This document shows, in pieces, positions 9,651 through 19,500 of a stretch of DNA of 51,654 nt. Every line of letters begins with the position of its first letter. Within the stretch, counting starts at the first letter, position 1. This DNA is from Ignavibacteriota bacterium (GTDB lineage: Bacteria; Bacteroidota; Ignavibacteria; UBA10030; SZUA-254): assembly GCA_016209795.1 (NCBI GenBank), contig JACQVI010000221.1, positions 1-51,654 of the forward strand, given 5' to 3'. The translations under genes were made by a program, and so were the position numbers. The notes beneath the pieces were generated by a model. That model made no database searches and was not told the origin of the DNA. It was given only the letters and a program-made list of their open reading frames with translations.

Positions 9651-12600
9651 CGAACCTATCAAGACATTTGTTGATGTTGTTTCTCGTTGTGGTGTTTACC
9701 TCGAACACTACACTGGCTCAGGAGGAGTTCTACCATCCAGAACTTGAATGGCGCACGATTGAATCCGAGCATTTCTTAGTGCACTTTCATACAGGCACAG
9801 AGCGCACAGCACGGGTGATTGCTAAGATTGCGGAAGAGATTTATGAGCCTATCACAACACTCTATAACTACCAGCCCGATGGGAAAATCAGCTTCATTAT
9901 AAAAGATTACGATGACTATTCAAATGGCGCTGCGTACTTCCTCGATAACAAAATAGAGATCTGGGCATCTTCAATGGATTTTGACTTACGAGGTACACAC
10001 AACTGGCTGAGGAATGTTGTCACACATGAGTTCACTCATATTGTGCAAATTCAAACCTCGTTAAAGTTTGGCAGGAGAGTGCCGGCATTCTACCTGCAGT
10101 GGTTGCAGTACGAGTCAGAACGGCGCACGGATGTTTTGTATGGCTATCCGAATGGCATCGTTTCGTATCCGATCTCAGGGTTCATCGTACCGAGCTGGTT
10201 TGCCGAGGGTGTTGCTCAGTACAATCGCAAAGAGCTTGAGTACGATTCGTGGGACTCGCACCGTGATATGATTCTCCGTATGTATGCGCTTGATGACAAC
10301 ATGCTGTCGTGGAATGAAATGGCAGTGTTCGGCAAGACAAGTCTTGGAAACGAGTCGGCGTACAATGCGGGATTTGCTTTCGTTCGATTCATCGCAGAAG
10401 AGTATGGTGATGAGAAATTGATGGAAATCTCTCGTAATCTTTCGTCTCTTGTAGCGCTCACGATTGATGGTGCGATTGAAAAAGCCATAGGGAAAAGTGG
10501 ATCACAACTATATGAGGAATGGAAAGCCTCGCTGAAACGAGATTACGCTGATCGAACTGCGCAGATCAAGAATAATCTTGTGGCAGGGGGGATCATTGCC
10601 GATGTCGGCTTTGGGAACTTCTATCCGACGTTTTCTCCTGAAGGGGAGAAGATTGCCTATGTCAGCAACAAAAAGGCAGATTACTTCTCTCAATCGTCAC
10701 TCTATCTGTATGATCTTATCACAAAGACGGAGAAAAAGCTCAAAGGCGGTGTTCGGTCCAGTCTCTCATGGTCACCTGATGGAAAAAAAATCTACTATGC
10801 TAAAACCAGCCGAAAGAACGATCACTGGTCAAATCTCTACGACATCTATGAGTACAATATCGAGCGAGAAGAAGAGAAGCGACTCACGTACGGCTTGCGA
10901 GCGAACTCACCCTCTATTTCTCCAGATGGTAGAATGATTGCATTCGTCTCAGGAAGTGATGGCACATTAAATCTGTACACAATGAACGTCGATGGGACGA
11001 ACATGCGGAAACTTACGAACTATACAAATAGTGAGCAGGTTTACAATCCAAAGTGGTCACCAGATGGTAAGAGCATCGTATTTGATTATTCTATGAAAGA
11101 TGGTCGAGACGTTGCAATGATTGCATCAGATGAAGGTGAAGTCATATTTCTTCTTTCATCACCGGAGGATGAACGTCATGCAGTTTTTACGAGAGATGGA
11201 TCGAACATTATCTATTCTTCCGATAAGACTGGAATTTTTAATCTTTATCAACTTGATTTGTCGACGAAGGAAGTCACGCAACTCACAAATGTGGTTGGTG
11301 GTGCGTTCATGCCTTCAATGAATGCACAAGGGATGCTTGCGTTTGCGTCATACACATCGAGTGGATATAAAATCTCATTATTTGAGCAACCACGCCCCTT
11401 GCACAATCCGCCTGTGTACATTCCCATCGTAGAAAGAACTATTCCCCTCAAGCTCGCTTCAGCGAGCAAAGACGTTGGCAACCAGAGTTTTAATTGGCAG
11501 GTGTTACGCAAGTATGATGATACAGAACTTCCTTCATTCACTGAAACACCGTATAAAGCCACCGCAACAAGTTTAACCTTTGTTCCATTCCTACGATTGG
11601 ATAACTACAACCCCCAAAACAAAGGAATTGATCTGCTTAAACTTGGCTTGTATGGATATTCCTATGATGTTCTTGATCGATACGGTTTCTTTGGTGGGGC
11701 TGCATTCAATAAAAGGGGTGAACGCGACCTCTTTTTTATTTTTGACTACCGTGGAAAAATTCCTGGATTGTTCCATCTGGGACTTGAGCCAGCACTTTCG
11801 TTTGAAGTCTACAACATTACACGTAAGACGAATTCGATTGTTCCTCTCCCATTGGACACAATTCCTGTTGAGGTTTCGTACAATCTCTTGGAGTTTGACC
11901 TCGCATTGAAGCAAAAGATCCTGAGTGAAGTACTTGAACTTGAACTGCGCTATGCACATAGTCGGTACACGGCATCCATTGGATCCTTCTTTCTTCCTGA
12001 AATCAATGATCTTGTGAAAGCATTTAGTGAGCTTTACTTCATCGGCAATGATCTTTCACTGATTTTACGTTATGACGGTATCGCACTCTCGCGTACACAG
12101 GAGATCAACCCCGTAGGCAGAAAAATCCGTTTGCGTTACGACTATGAATTCAATAAGTTTAACCCAACAAGTGAATACGAAGTGGCAAATGGTTTGTTAG
12201 TGCCAAAGTACCAACGTCCGGTATTTCATCGTGTTGAGTTGAGCTGGCGTGAGCATCAGAGGCTTCCCGGCTGGAAGCATACGCTTTCATTACAGCTGCG
12301 TGGAGGATCGATCCTTGGACCACCAGTGGATAACTTCTTCGATTTTTACATCGGTGGACTTGCTGGCATGAAGGGGTATCCGTTCTATTCGCTTGGTGGA
12401 AATGAATTTGTCTACGCAAACGTTACTTATCGCTTCCCGTTGTTCGAGAATATCGATCTCCGTATTTTACAACTCTATTTTGATAAGCTCTATGCCGCCG
12501 TGTACAGTGACGTTGGAACAATCTGGACTGATGGTGTGCTGAGGGATCAAAAATTCAAACGGGATGCCGGTGTTGAGTTACGCCTTGAAGCGTTTTCCTA

Positions 12601-12748
12601 TTATGTGTTTCCAACGCGTATCTTCTTTAATGCAACCTACGGCTTTGACGAGTTTGATCGTTATATTCCGAGCGACGGCACAACAGTGCGGTACGGTAAG
12701 GAGTGGAACTTCCACTTTGGAGTTCTTTTTGGTTTCGACTTAGATTAA
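9647..12748 (+). CDS. Outer-membrane fusion protein: peptidase-MA-like HExxH domain + TolB-type PD40 beta-propeller repeats + Omp85 (surface antigen D15)-like barrel
   Basis: Signal peptide ...LLMLFLVVVFTSNTTLAQ. HEFTH zinc motif at nt 10025-10039. Repeated PD40-like units (FSPEGEKIAYVS, WSPDGKKIYY, ISPDGRMIAFVS, WSPDGKSIVF, FTRDGSNIIYSS). C-terminal Omp85-like pattern FYIGGLAGMKGYPFYSLGGNEFVYANVTYRFPL ... VYSDVGTIW ... AGVELRLE ... WNFHFGVLFGF. TTG start overlaps the upstream stop by 4 nt; an alternative ATG is at 9674. Confidence 0.7.
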   Translation: MTNLSRHLLMLFLVVVFTSNTTLAQEEFYHPELEWRTIESEHFLVHFHTGTERTARVIAKIAEEIYEPITTLYNYQPDGKISFIIKDYDDYSNGAAYFLDNKIEIWASSMDFDLRGTHNWLRNVVTHEFTHIVQIQTSLKFGRRVPAFYLQWLQYESERRTDVLYGYPNGIVSYPISGFIVPSWFAEGVAQYNRKELEYDSWDSHRDMILRMYALDDNMLSWNEMAVFGKTSLGNESAYNAGFAFVRFIAEEYGDEKLMEISRNLSSLVALTIDGAIEKAIGKSGSQLYEEWKASLKRDYADRTAQIKNNLVAGGIIADVGFGNFYPTFSPEGEKIAYVSNKKADYFSQSSLYLYDLITKTEKKLKGGVRSSLSWSPDGKKIYYAKTSRKNDHWSNLYDIYEYNIEREEEKRLTYGLRANSPSISPDGRMIAFVSGSDGTLNLYTMNVDGTNMRKLTNYTNSEQVYNPKWSPDGKSIVFDYSMKDGRDVAMIASDEGEVIFLLSSPEDERHAVFTRDGSNIIYSSDKTGIFNLYQLDLSTKEVTQLTNVVGGAFMPSMNAQGMLAFASYTSSGYKISLFEQPRPLHNPPVYIPIVERTIPLKLASASKDVGNQSFNWQVLRKYDDTELPSFTETPYKATATSLTFVPFLRLDNYNPQNKGIDLLKLGLYGYSYDVLDRYGFFGGAAFNKRGERDLFFIFDYRGKIPGLFHLGLEPALSFEVYNITRKTNSIVPLPLDTIPVEVSYNLLEFDLALKQKILSEVLELELRYAHSRYTASIGSFFLPEINDLVKAFSELYFIGNDLSLILRYDGIALSRTQEINPVGRKIRLRYDYEFNKFNPTSEYEVANGLLVPKYQRPVFHRVELSWREHQRLPGWKHTLSLQLRGGSILGPPVDNFFDFYIGGLAGMKGYPFYSLGGNEFVYANVTYRFPLFENIDLRILQLYFDKLYAAVYSDVGTIWTDGVLRDQKFKRDAGVELRLEAFSYYVFPTRIFFNATYGFDEFDRYIPSDGTTVRYGKEWNFHFGVLFGFDLD

Positions 12749-12764
12749 CAAGAAAGGGTAAACG

Positions 12765-13745
12765 ATGAGATATCAGTGCATTCTAGTGGCAATAATTTTT
12801 TCGGTAGGAGCAACTGTGTATGCCGGAGAACATTCTTCACTCCATCTTACCGGCAATCCTACAATCGATTTCTTTGGTAAGAACACTCCTGTGTTTAATC
12901 CGATCTCATTCTCAGACACGGATAAAGCCCCAACGCGACCTCAGCCATCGATGCCTACGTTGTTGTGGGAGTCGGGTAAGCGTGAAAAATCTCCGTGGCT
13001 TGCAGGATTGTTTTCGCTTGCAGTGCCCGGTGCAGGAGAAGTGTATGCCGGGAGTTACGTAAAAGGAGCGGCATTCTTCGCGGCTGAAGCAGCTTCATGG
13101 ATTCTTGCCTACACGTATGATAAGAAAGGTGATCGTCAAACTGATCTCTTTCAGAATTATGCTAATGAGCATTGGAGCGCTGTGCGGTATGTGCGCTTCA
13201 TCGGTGATCATCTTGGTGAGCTAACGAATGGTGAACTCACATGGAGCGATTATGAAGATGAAGTGTTCAATGATCGATATTATAATGTAGATACTCCGTA
13301 TAATTGTCGCCCACCGTTTCGATGCATCGATTGGTCCGAATTGAATCGACTCGAGAGTGATATCGCCAATGGCAGAACAAACGGCTTCACACACGTTCTT
13401 CCATACTACGGCGAGCAGCAATATTATGAATTGATTGGAAAGTATCATCAATTCAGCCGCGGGTGGGACGATGCAGATACCAACGATGCAGCGACTCCAC
13501 TGCGAAGTAACTCAAGAAGATTTTATGAATATGCTGCAATGCGCGCAAAGGCAAACGACTACTACAGTATCGCCAGCACGTTTGTGAGTGTAGCGGTCGT
13601 CAATCACTTCCTGAGTGCATTAGATGCATTCTGGACCGCAACACAGTACAACAAAAACTTGTATGCTGAAGTGAGGATGAGAGTTGTGCCGACACCCTAC
13701 GGTGTGGTGCCCGTTGCTGTAACATCAGTGAAATACACTTTCTAA
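12765..13745 (+). CDS. Hypothetical envelope/membrane protein
   Basis: Signal-like N-terminus MRYQCILVAIIFSVGATVYA. Hydrophobic segment SPWLAGLFSLAVPGAGEVYAGSYVKGAAFFAAEAASWILAY. AAGGG lies upstream of the ATG. No family confidently recognised. Confidence 0.55.
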   Translation: MRYQCILVAIIFSVGATVYAGEHSSLHLTGNPTIDFFGKNTPVFNPISFSDTDKAPTRPQPSMPTLLWESGKREKSPWLAGLFSLAVPGAGEVYAGSYVKGAAFFAAEAASWILAYTYDKKGDRQTDLFQNYANEHWSAVRYVRFIGDHLGELTNGELTWSDYEDEVFNDRYYNVDTPYNCRPPFRCIDWSELNRLESDIANGRTNGFTHVLPYYGEQQYYELIGKYHQFSRGWDDADTNDAATPLRSNSRRFYEYAAMRAKANDYYSIASTFVSVAVVNHFLSALDAFWTATQYNKNLYAEVRMRVVPTPYGVVPVAVTSVKYTF

Positions 13746-13770
13746 ATGATGGTACCGAGTGGCAAGTATA

Positions 13771-14856
13771 CTACTTAGGTATTTGTACTAACGCGTACAG
13801 TCCTGCCACGAAGAAGATGATGTTTGCCAACCATGCGGTCAGCAAAGGATGCAAATCACCATTGTAGCCAAAAGCCTGACTGATGTGAAGGAAAATCATA
13901 TACATGAAGCAAATAGCTATTGCGATTCCAAATGCAACGCCTGGTCCGCTTCGGCGCTTTACCGATGCAAACGGTACGCCGAACAGAACAACGATAACAC
14001 TTGCGAAGGGGAAGGCAATCTTACCGTAGTAGTCTACCAACCAGCGTGCAACCTCGTGTCCTGCCCTTTGTTGATTGTGTATGAATCGTTTCAAATCGGT
14101 GTAACTCATTTCTTCGGGTCGTTCCTGCTTCTTACGGATATCCTCAGGCGTAAAGTTGAGCGGTCCAATTTGTTGTGTGGTGAATGGTGTGATCGTTTCT
14201 TTATTACCATTGAATTCCCTGAACGTACCGTTCACCAAGGTCCAAAACGGAGTATCTTGGTTCCATTGCATCTGCGCGGCGTCATAACGAATGATAACAC
14301 GCGTTAAGTCTTGCGGATCGAAATCCTGAATGCTGACACGATACGCCATATTGCGCTGATCATCGAACATATTGATGGAGAGTATTCGTGTCTTGGAGTC
14401 CTGGATAAATATATTATTCTTTGAGACGAACTCGATATTTTTTTGAAAGTAAACTCGTGCAATTGAAAACTTCTTTTTGTTTGCACGGGGGACAACCCAG
14501 CCGTTGAAGTAAATCAGCACACCACTCGCGAGCAATGAAAAGATTAACAATGGCGCCATGAAGCGATACAAACTGAGCCCACTTGACTTCAACACCGTGA
14601 GTTCATTGAATGCTGAGAGTCTTCCCGTCGTAAAAAGTGCCGAAAGAAGCATTGCCACAGGTGTCATCAGCTTGAGGATTTCTGGAGTGAAATAAAAGTA
14701 GTATGTTGCAATAATATCGACGGTGGCATTGCGGTCAATGAAGTCATCAAGATTTTCCATCATGTCGACAGCGATGAAAATGATTGTAAATGACACAAGT
14801 CCAAACAACGCAGTGAGGATAAATTGTTTCAGGAGATACCAATCGATCTTATTCAT
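13771..14856 (-). CDS. lptG: LptF/LptG-family LPS export permease (downstream member)
   Basis: 361 aa. The N-terminus MNKIDWYLLKQFILTALFGLVSFTIIFIAVDMMENLDDFI is typical of the YjgP/YjgQ family, with multiple TM segments and a periplasmic insert. F versus G is assigned by gene order only. Confidence 0.75.
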   Translation of the reverse strand: MNKIDWYLLKQFILTALFGLVSFTIIFIAVDMMENLDDFIDRNATVDIIATYYFYFTPEILKLMTPVAMLLSALFTTGRLSAFNELTVLKSSGLSLYRFMAPLLIFSLLASGVLIYFNGWVVPRANKKKFSIARVYFQKNIEFVSKNNIFIQDSKTRILSINMFDDQRNMAYRVSIQDFDPQDLTRVIIRYDAAQMQWNQDTPFWTLVNGTFREFNGNKETITPFTTQQIGPLNFTPEDIRKKQERPEEMSYTDLKRFIHNQQRAGHEVARWLVDYYGKIAFPFASVIVVLFGVPFASVKRRSGPGVAFGIAIAICFMYMIFLHISQAFGYNGDLHPLLTAWLANIIFFVAGLYALVQIPK

Positions 14857-16235
14857 ACTCCGGACTCACGTTTAGAATTCACATCTTCTAATGATCGCAG
14901 AGGTGCTGGGACGAACCGTCGGAACCTTGACCAGTCTATCGTGGGCGTTTCCCGCGCCATCTTTAAGGTTAGATACATTCCGAGAATACCGAGAACAATG
15001 TTTGCCATCCACATTCCTATCCATGGTGTAATAATACCACGGTCTGCAAGCTTCTCGCCACCTATGAGCGACGCCCAATAGAGAAGAAAAAATCCTAAGC
15101 TTATTGTTGCTGCTGTGCCAAATGTTCCTCGTCGAACTACCATACCCAACGGTGCCCCAATGAACACGAAGACAATGCATGCAACGGGAATAGCGTACTT
15201 CTTGTGAATTTCCACCAAGTATTCATTAATGGACTTTTGATAATAGTTCATGATCATCATCTGGTTGTCAATCAGTCCAGCCAAGTTGCGAGCACGATGC
15301 AATGCCATCTGAACCGCCTGCTTAGGAACGGGAGTTGCTGTTGGTCTCGTTGGTATTCTGGCGGCAAAGATTGGTTGCTCAGAGATTATGTTCATCGCTT
15401 GCTCTCGTGCAGATGTTTTCAGTTGCTCCAGGCTATCGACGTAGTGTTGCATGACTTGTGCGCTCAGTTCTCGATCACCGCGGGAGAATGCATTCTCGCC
15501 GGATCGTTCAAAGTCAAATCCTTCAGCATTCATAACGATACGGTGTTTGTTGTATCGCATGCGACGATAACTTTGCATATCTTGGCTGCTGACCTGATGG
15601 ATTTCTCCATCTAACAAATCCATGATGAGTTTTTTATAATCGGGTGTGAAGGAAACTCTTCCACGCTTGGCGGTTACGACGGTGTTTGTTGTTGGATCGG
15701 TGTAATCGTAGATGGTAACACCTTCAAGATCGTTAGACCGTTCGAATGTCTTCCGAGCAAGGATACTATAGCCGGAGATTTCTTGTGAAAAAAGTCCCGG
15801 TTCAATGGTAAGCGTCGGCTTTGTGCGGCGGATATCGATGATGAGTGTTTTAGCGCGATGGTTTGCTTCGGGTAACACGTTATTGTTGAATTGAATGAGC
15901 AAATACGTGAGCACAATGGACAACAACGCCACAGGCATCATCATGCGATAGAGACTCATGCCGCTCGATTTGATAGCGGTTGTTTCATTATTCGATGAGA
16001 GGTTGCCGAATGCCATCAGCGTTGCAACAAAGACGGACATCGGGACAGCGAGCACCACCATCCATGCAAGATTCAAGACAATAAGCTCTGTGATTACCCA
16101 TCCGCTTAAGCCTTTGCCGACAAGCTGGTCTATGAACTTCATAAGGAATTGCAACAGAAAAATGAACATGAGTGTTATGAAGGAAAAAAGAAATGGACCA
16201 ACGTGGGCTCGCAGTATGTGTATGTATAAACGCAT
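14853..16235 (-). CDS. lptF: LptF/LptG-family LPS export permease (upstream member, enlarged periplasmic domain)
   Basis: 460 aa. MRLYIHILRAHVGPFLFSFITLMFIFLLQFLMKFIDQLVGKGL is a YjgP/YjgQ-type N-terminus. 4-nt overlap with the downstream permease gene. Confidence 0.75.
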   Translation of the reverse strand: MRLYIHILRAHVGPFLFSFITLMFIFLLQFLMKFIDQLVGKGLSGWVITELIVLNLAWMVVLAVPMSVFVATLMAFGNLSSNNETTAIKSSGMSLYRMMMPVALLSIVLTYLLIQFNNNVLPEANHRAKTLIIDIRRTKPTLTIEPGLFSQEISGYSILARKTFERSNDLEGVTIYDYTDPTTNTVVTAKRGRVSFTPDYKKLIMDLLDGEIHQVSSQDMQSYRRMRYNKHRIVMNAEGFDFERSGENAFSRGDRELSAQVMQHYVDSLEQLKTSAREQAMNIISEQPIFAARIPTRPTATPVPKQAVQMALHRARNLAGLIDNQMMIMNYYQKSINEYLVEIHKKYAIPVACIVFVFIGAPLGMVVRRGTFGTAATISLGFFLLYWASLIGGEKLADRGIITPWIGMWMANIVLGILGMYLTLKMARETPTIDWSRFRRFVPAPLRSLEDVNSKRESGV

Positions 16236-16453
16236 TCTTTCTTTATGAATATAGCCTCAAAAGTTGGATTTTACAAACCTTCACTTTTCAACAGATTTGT
16301 GATAAATATGAAAATCCATTTGCAATTGTAGAACCTTTTTCCTACATTTTCCAGTGATCTCCTTACAAAAATGGGGAGATAAACTGGTAATAATGGTGAT
16401 TGAATCATTTCGTTCATGAAACGTGAAAGGAGCCGTTGATATCGATTCTTGGT

Positions 16454-16503
16454 AGCAGTTAACAAGAGTGCGCAACTGTAAAAGTTGCGACTACTGCTTT
16501 TTT
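16454..16503 (+). promoter_or_regulatory. Compound terminator/attenuator-like hairpin in the sprA leader
   Basis: Outer stem AGCAGT (16454-16459) / ACTGCT (16493-16498). Inner stem CGCAACT (16471-16477) / AGTTGCG (16483-16489) with loop GTAAA. A T-run follows at 16498-16503. Confidence 0.35.
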
Positions 16504-19500
16504 ATTGAACATAGGATCGACATAATCAACGTGGCTCTTTTTCATCAGCATTCCCAGGGGTATTCTTCGTGTAAGTGTACGTGTGTACTGAGTTGTCTAC
16601 GGTGCATCGTATGGCTTGGATGCCTGATCGTAGGTGTGTTTTTCAGGCATCCATCGCTCAATGCACAGCAGCAGCCATCCCCACCGCCCTGGCCAGGCTT
16701 GGCTGATGATACAACAAAGGTAGATACGAGCCGCAATCTATTTCCGTCGCCTTTTCCATTCGACGTTGATACATCTGATACCTCAAGTCGCAGGTTGATT
16801 GATTCACTTCAGCGCGGTCGGGATTCTTTACTGTTCCCACATGAATTTGAAGATTCATTACGATCCGGTGCCGATACTTCGGTAGAAGAAGATACAATAC
16901 AAACGTGGGAAGTCTACCTTGATTCAACGGTACGCGTAGAACAATTCGTCCACCGTCGATACGACGCTCCTGTTGTCAATATTTATCCTCCGATCAATTA
17001 CAGTCTGTACTTAAACATTAAATCACCGGCATATAAGCGTGAACTGCAACTCGACTCCACAGGGAAGCTTGTCACTATTCGCGAGACAGTAAACGGCTTA
17101 GATGTCAAAGTACCCCTTGTCTTGCCACTTGAAGAGTACATCCGCCTCCGTCTCGAACAAGAGAAACAAACCACCTGGCGATCATTTGCGAATGAGTACA
17201 CAAGTCAACAAACAAAGGATGCATTAGGCGGCTTGTTAAGCTCGCTGACAAAAATTGAAATTCCTGTTCCTGCAAATCCCCTGTTAAGCATTTTTGGCAA
17301 GCCAACCATCAACCTCAACATTTCTGGTGGGGTGGATATCCGTGGTGCATTTCGCCGTCAGCAATCGGACCAGGTTACGTTCTCCGCGCTCGATAGGGTG
17401 AGAAATGAACCTGACTTTAAGCAGGATGTCCAAATTAGAGTCGATGGAAAGATTGGCGATAAACTCGACATTGGTGCCGACTGGAATACGCAACGGACGT
17501 TTGAGTTCGAAAATCAGTTGAAGATTAAATATACCGGTTATGAAGATGAGATTGTGCAGACTGTTGAGGCGGGTAACGTTTCTCTACAGACCCCTTCGCT
17601 CGTTGGGGGTGGCCAAGCGCTGTTCGGTATTAAAACACACATGCAAATGGGTCCACTGAAGTTAACATCGTTACTATCACAAAAGAAGGGACAGTCGCGG
17701 GAGATTACTGTTTCAGGTGGTTCGCAACAAAGTGAACACGGTATCTATCCCTATGGGTACTCGAAGTCCTACTACTTTGTTGATACACTTTATAGAAAGT
17801 ATTGGGAAGTATTCCATAGTGGACAGATTCCTCGTACATCGAGCGAGATAGAAGCGACTCAGATCGTTAGAATTGATGTGTGGGTAAGTCGTACAGGAAC
17901 ATTACCTGATCCCAGTGAACGCCAAGCAGACGCATATATCGACCTCCCGGCTCGTTCTGTCGCGCAGCCATTTTCGCCAGGCGATACTGCTGGATTGAGC
18001 CAGGAACTTGGAAGATACGAGACAGGTCGATTTATCCGACTTGATCCAGCAAAAGATTATAAATTCACCGGTAACCAGGCATACGGCGGTTACATCATTT
18101 TAAATACTAATGTAACTGAAGAGCAAGTGATAGCGGTTTCATATCGAATCGCTGGTCCCGATCGTACAGGGGGAACAGAAGACGACCTGGTCTATGGTTC
18201 GTTAACTGAAGAAGACACGATCAGCGGCGGGAGATTAGTGTTCAAGCTGATCAAACCAAGGTTCTTAGAAAAGAATCCGAACTACAAACCAGCATGGGAT
18301 CTGTGGCTGAAGAATGTGTATGCTATCGGCGGTAGAGATTTGAAGAAAGAAGGCTTTGATTTTCGAATCATTCGTCGAACAAACGGTCCTGAAGCAGAAG
18401 ATCTCTTTGGACATAACCTGCTGCGTGTCTTCGGACTCGATAGGTTCAATCAAGAGAACGCGGAAATTCCCGATGGCGAGTTTGATTTTATTCCAGGTAC
18501 TACCGTTGATATTGAGAGGGCAGAAATCATCTTTCCGACACTGCGTCCTTTTGACTCCACTATCGTGGGATATTTCCGGACTCTTCCACAGCCAATCGAT
18601 GTTCCTGACTCGCTGCTCTTTAGTGACGTTTACGATACGACACAGCAAGCTGCACAGAATAATACCATCAAGAACAACTATACCATTAAAGTTACATCGT
18701 CAACGGCACAAACCAGCCGCTACAATTTGGGATTTAATGTTGTTGAGGGTAGTGTGCAGGTGTTGTTAAACGGCTCACCCTTGGTGCCCAATGTTGACTA
18801 TACTGTGGACTATATTGTTGGGGAGGTTATCCTCCGCAAGCCCGAAGCCCTCGCCCCGGGTGCAAATGTTCAGGTCAAATATGAGCAGAACGATCTGTTC
18901 CAGCTCGCGTCAAAGACATTAATCGGAGCGCGGGGTGAAATGGATCCCTTCCCGAATACTAAGCTGGGGTTCACAGTCATGAATCTCAACCAGGCAACGT
19001 TGAGTGATAAGGTAAGAATCGGTGAAGAACCGACGAATAACTTGATCATGGGTATTGACGGTTCAACAGCGTTCAATGCGCCATTCCTTACCGATGCAAT
19101 CGACGCACTACCGTTTTATCGGACAAAAGAAATGTCAACAATTAAATTTGGCGGTGAAGTCGCGTACATTCTGCCAGATCCGAATACGAAGAAAAGCACA
19201 GTAGCAAGTGATCGCGGAGCAAGTATTGCATATATCGATGATTTTGAAGGAGCCCGACGTACAATACCGCTTCCCATTAATTTCAGTGGTTGGCGTCTTG
19301 CAAGCCCACCTGCCGATGGTGTTCCCGATACTGTCAAGTATCGAAGAGCGAGATTCAACTGGTACAATCGATTACCAAGTGATGTTTTATCCAAAGACAT
19401 TTGGCCCGATCGTGATGTGCGGCGCGGATCGGAGTATGTCACTGTGTTAAATCTGGATTACGATCCCAATCGAAGAGGACCCTATAACTTTTCTCCCAAT

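Noticed and set aside
9216-9662. 148-aa minus-strand ORF antisense to the lipoprotein gene
   Set aside because: The + strand ORF has a lipobox signal peptide and sits in a co-directional, tightly spaced operon. The antisense ORF has no export signal, motif or sensible neighbours.
13849-14307. 152-aa plus-strand ORF inside lptG
   Set aside because: It is antisense shadow of a clearly recognisable LptF/G-family permease gene, and its composition is not protein-like (Cys/Asn-rich, no motifs).
16271-16475. Two overlapping 64-aa minus-strand ORFs in the lptF-sprA divergent spacer
   Set aside because: They lie in an AT-rich intergenic region, overlap each other in different frames, and have no motifs or ribosome-binding context. 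The region is more plausibly promoter/leader DNA.
18265-18769. 127-aa (-) and 137-aa (+) ORFs inside sprA
   Set aside because: They are embedded in the continuous 2340-aa SprA frame and have no independent signals, so they are shadow ORFs.
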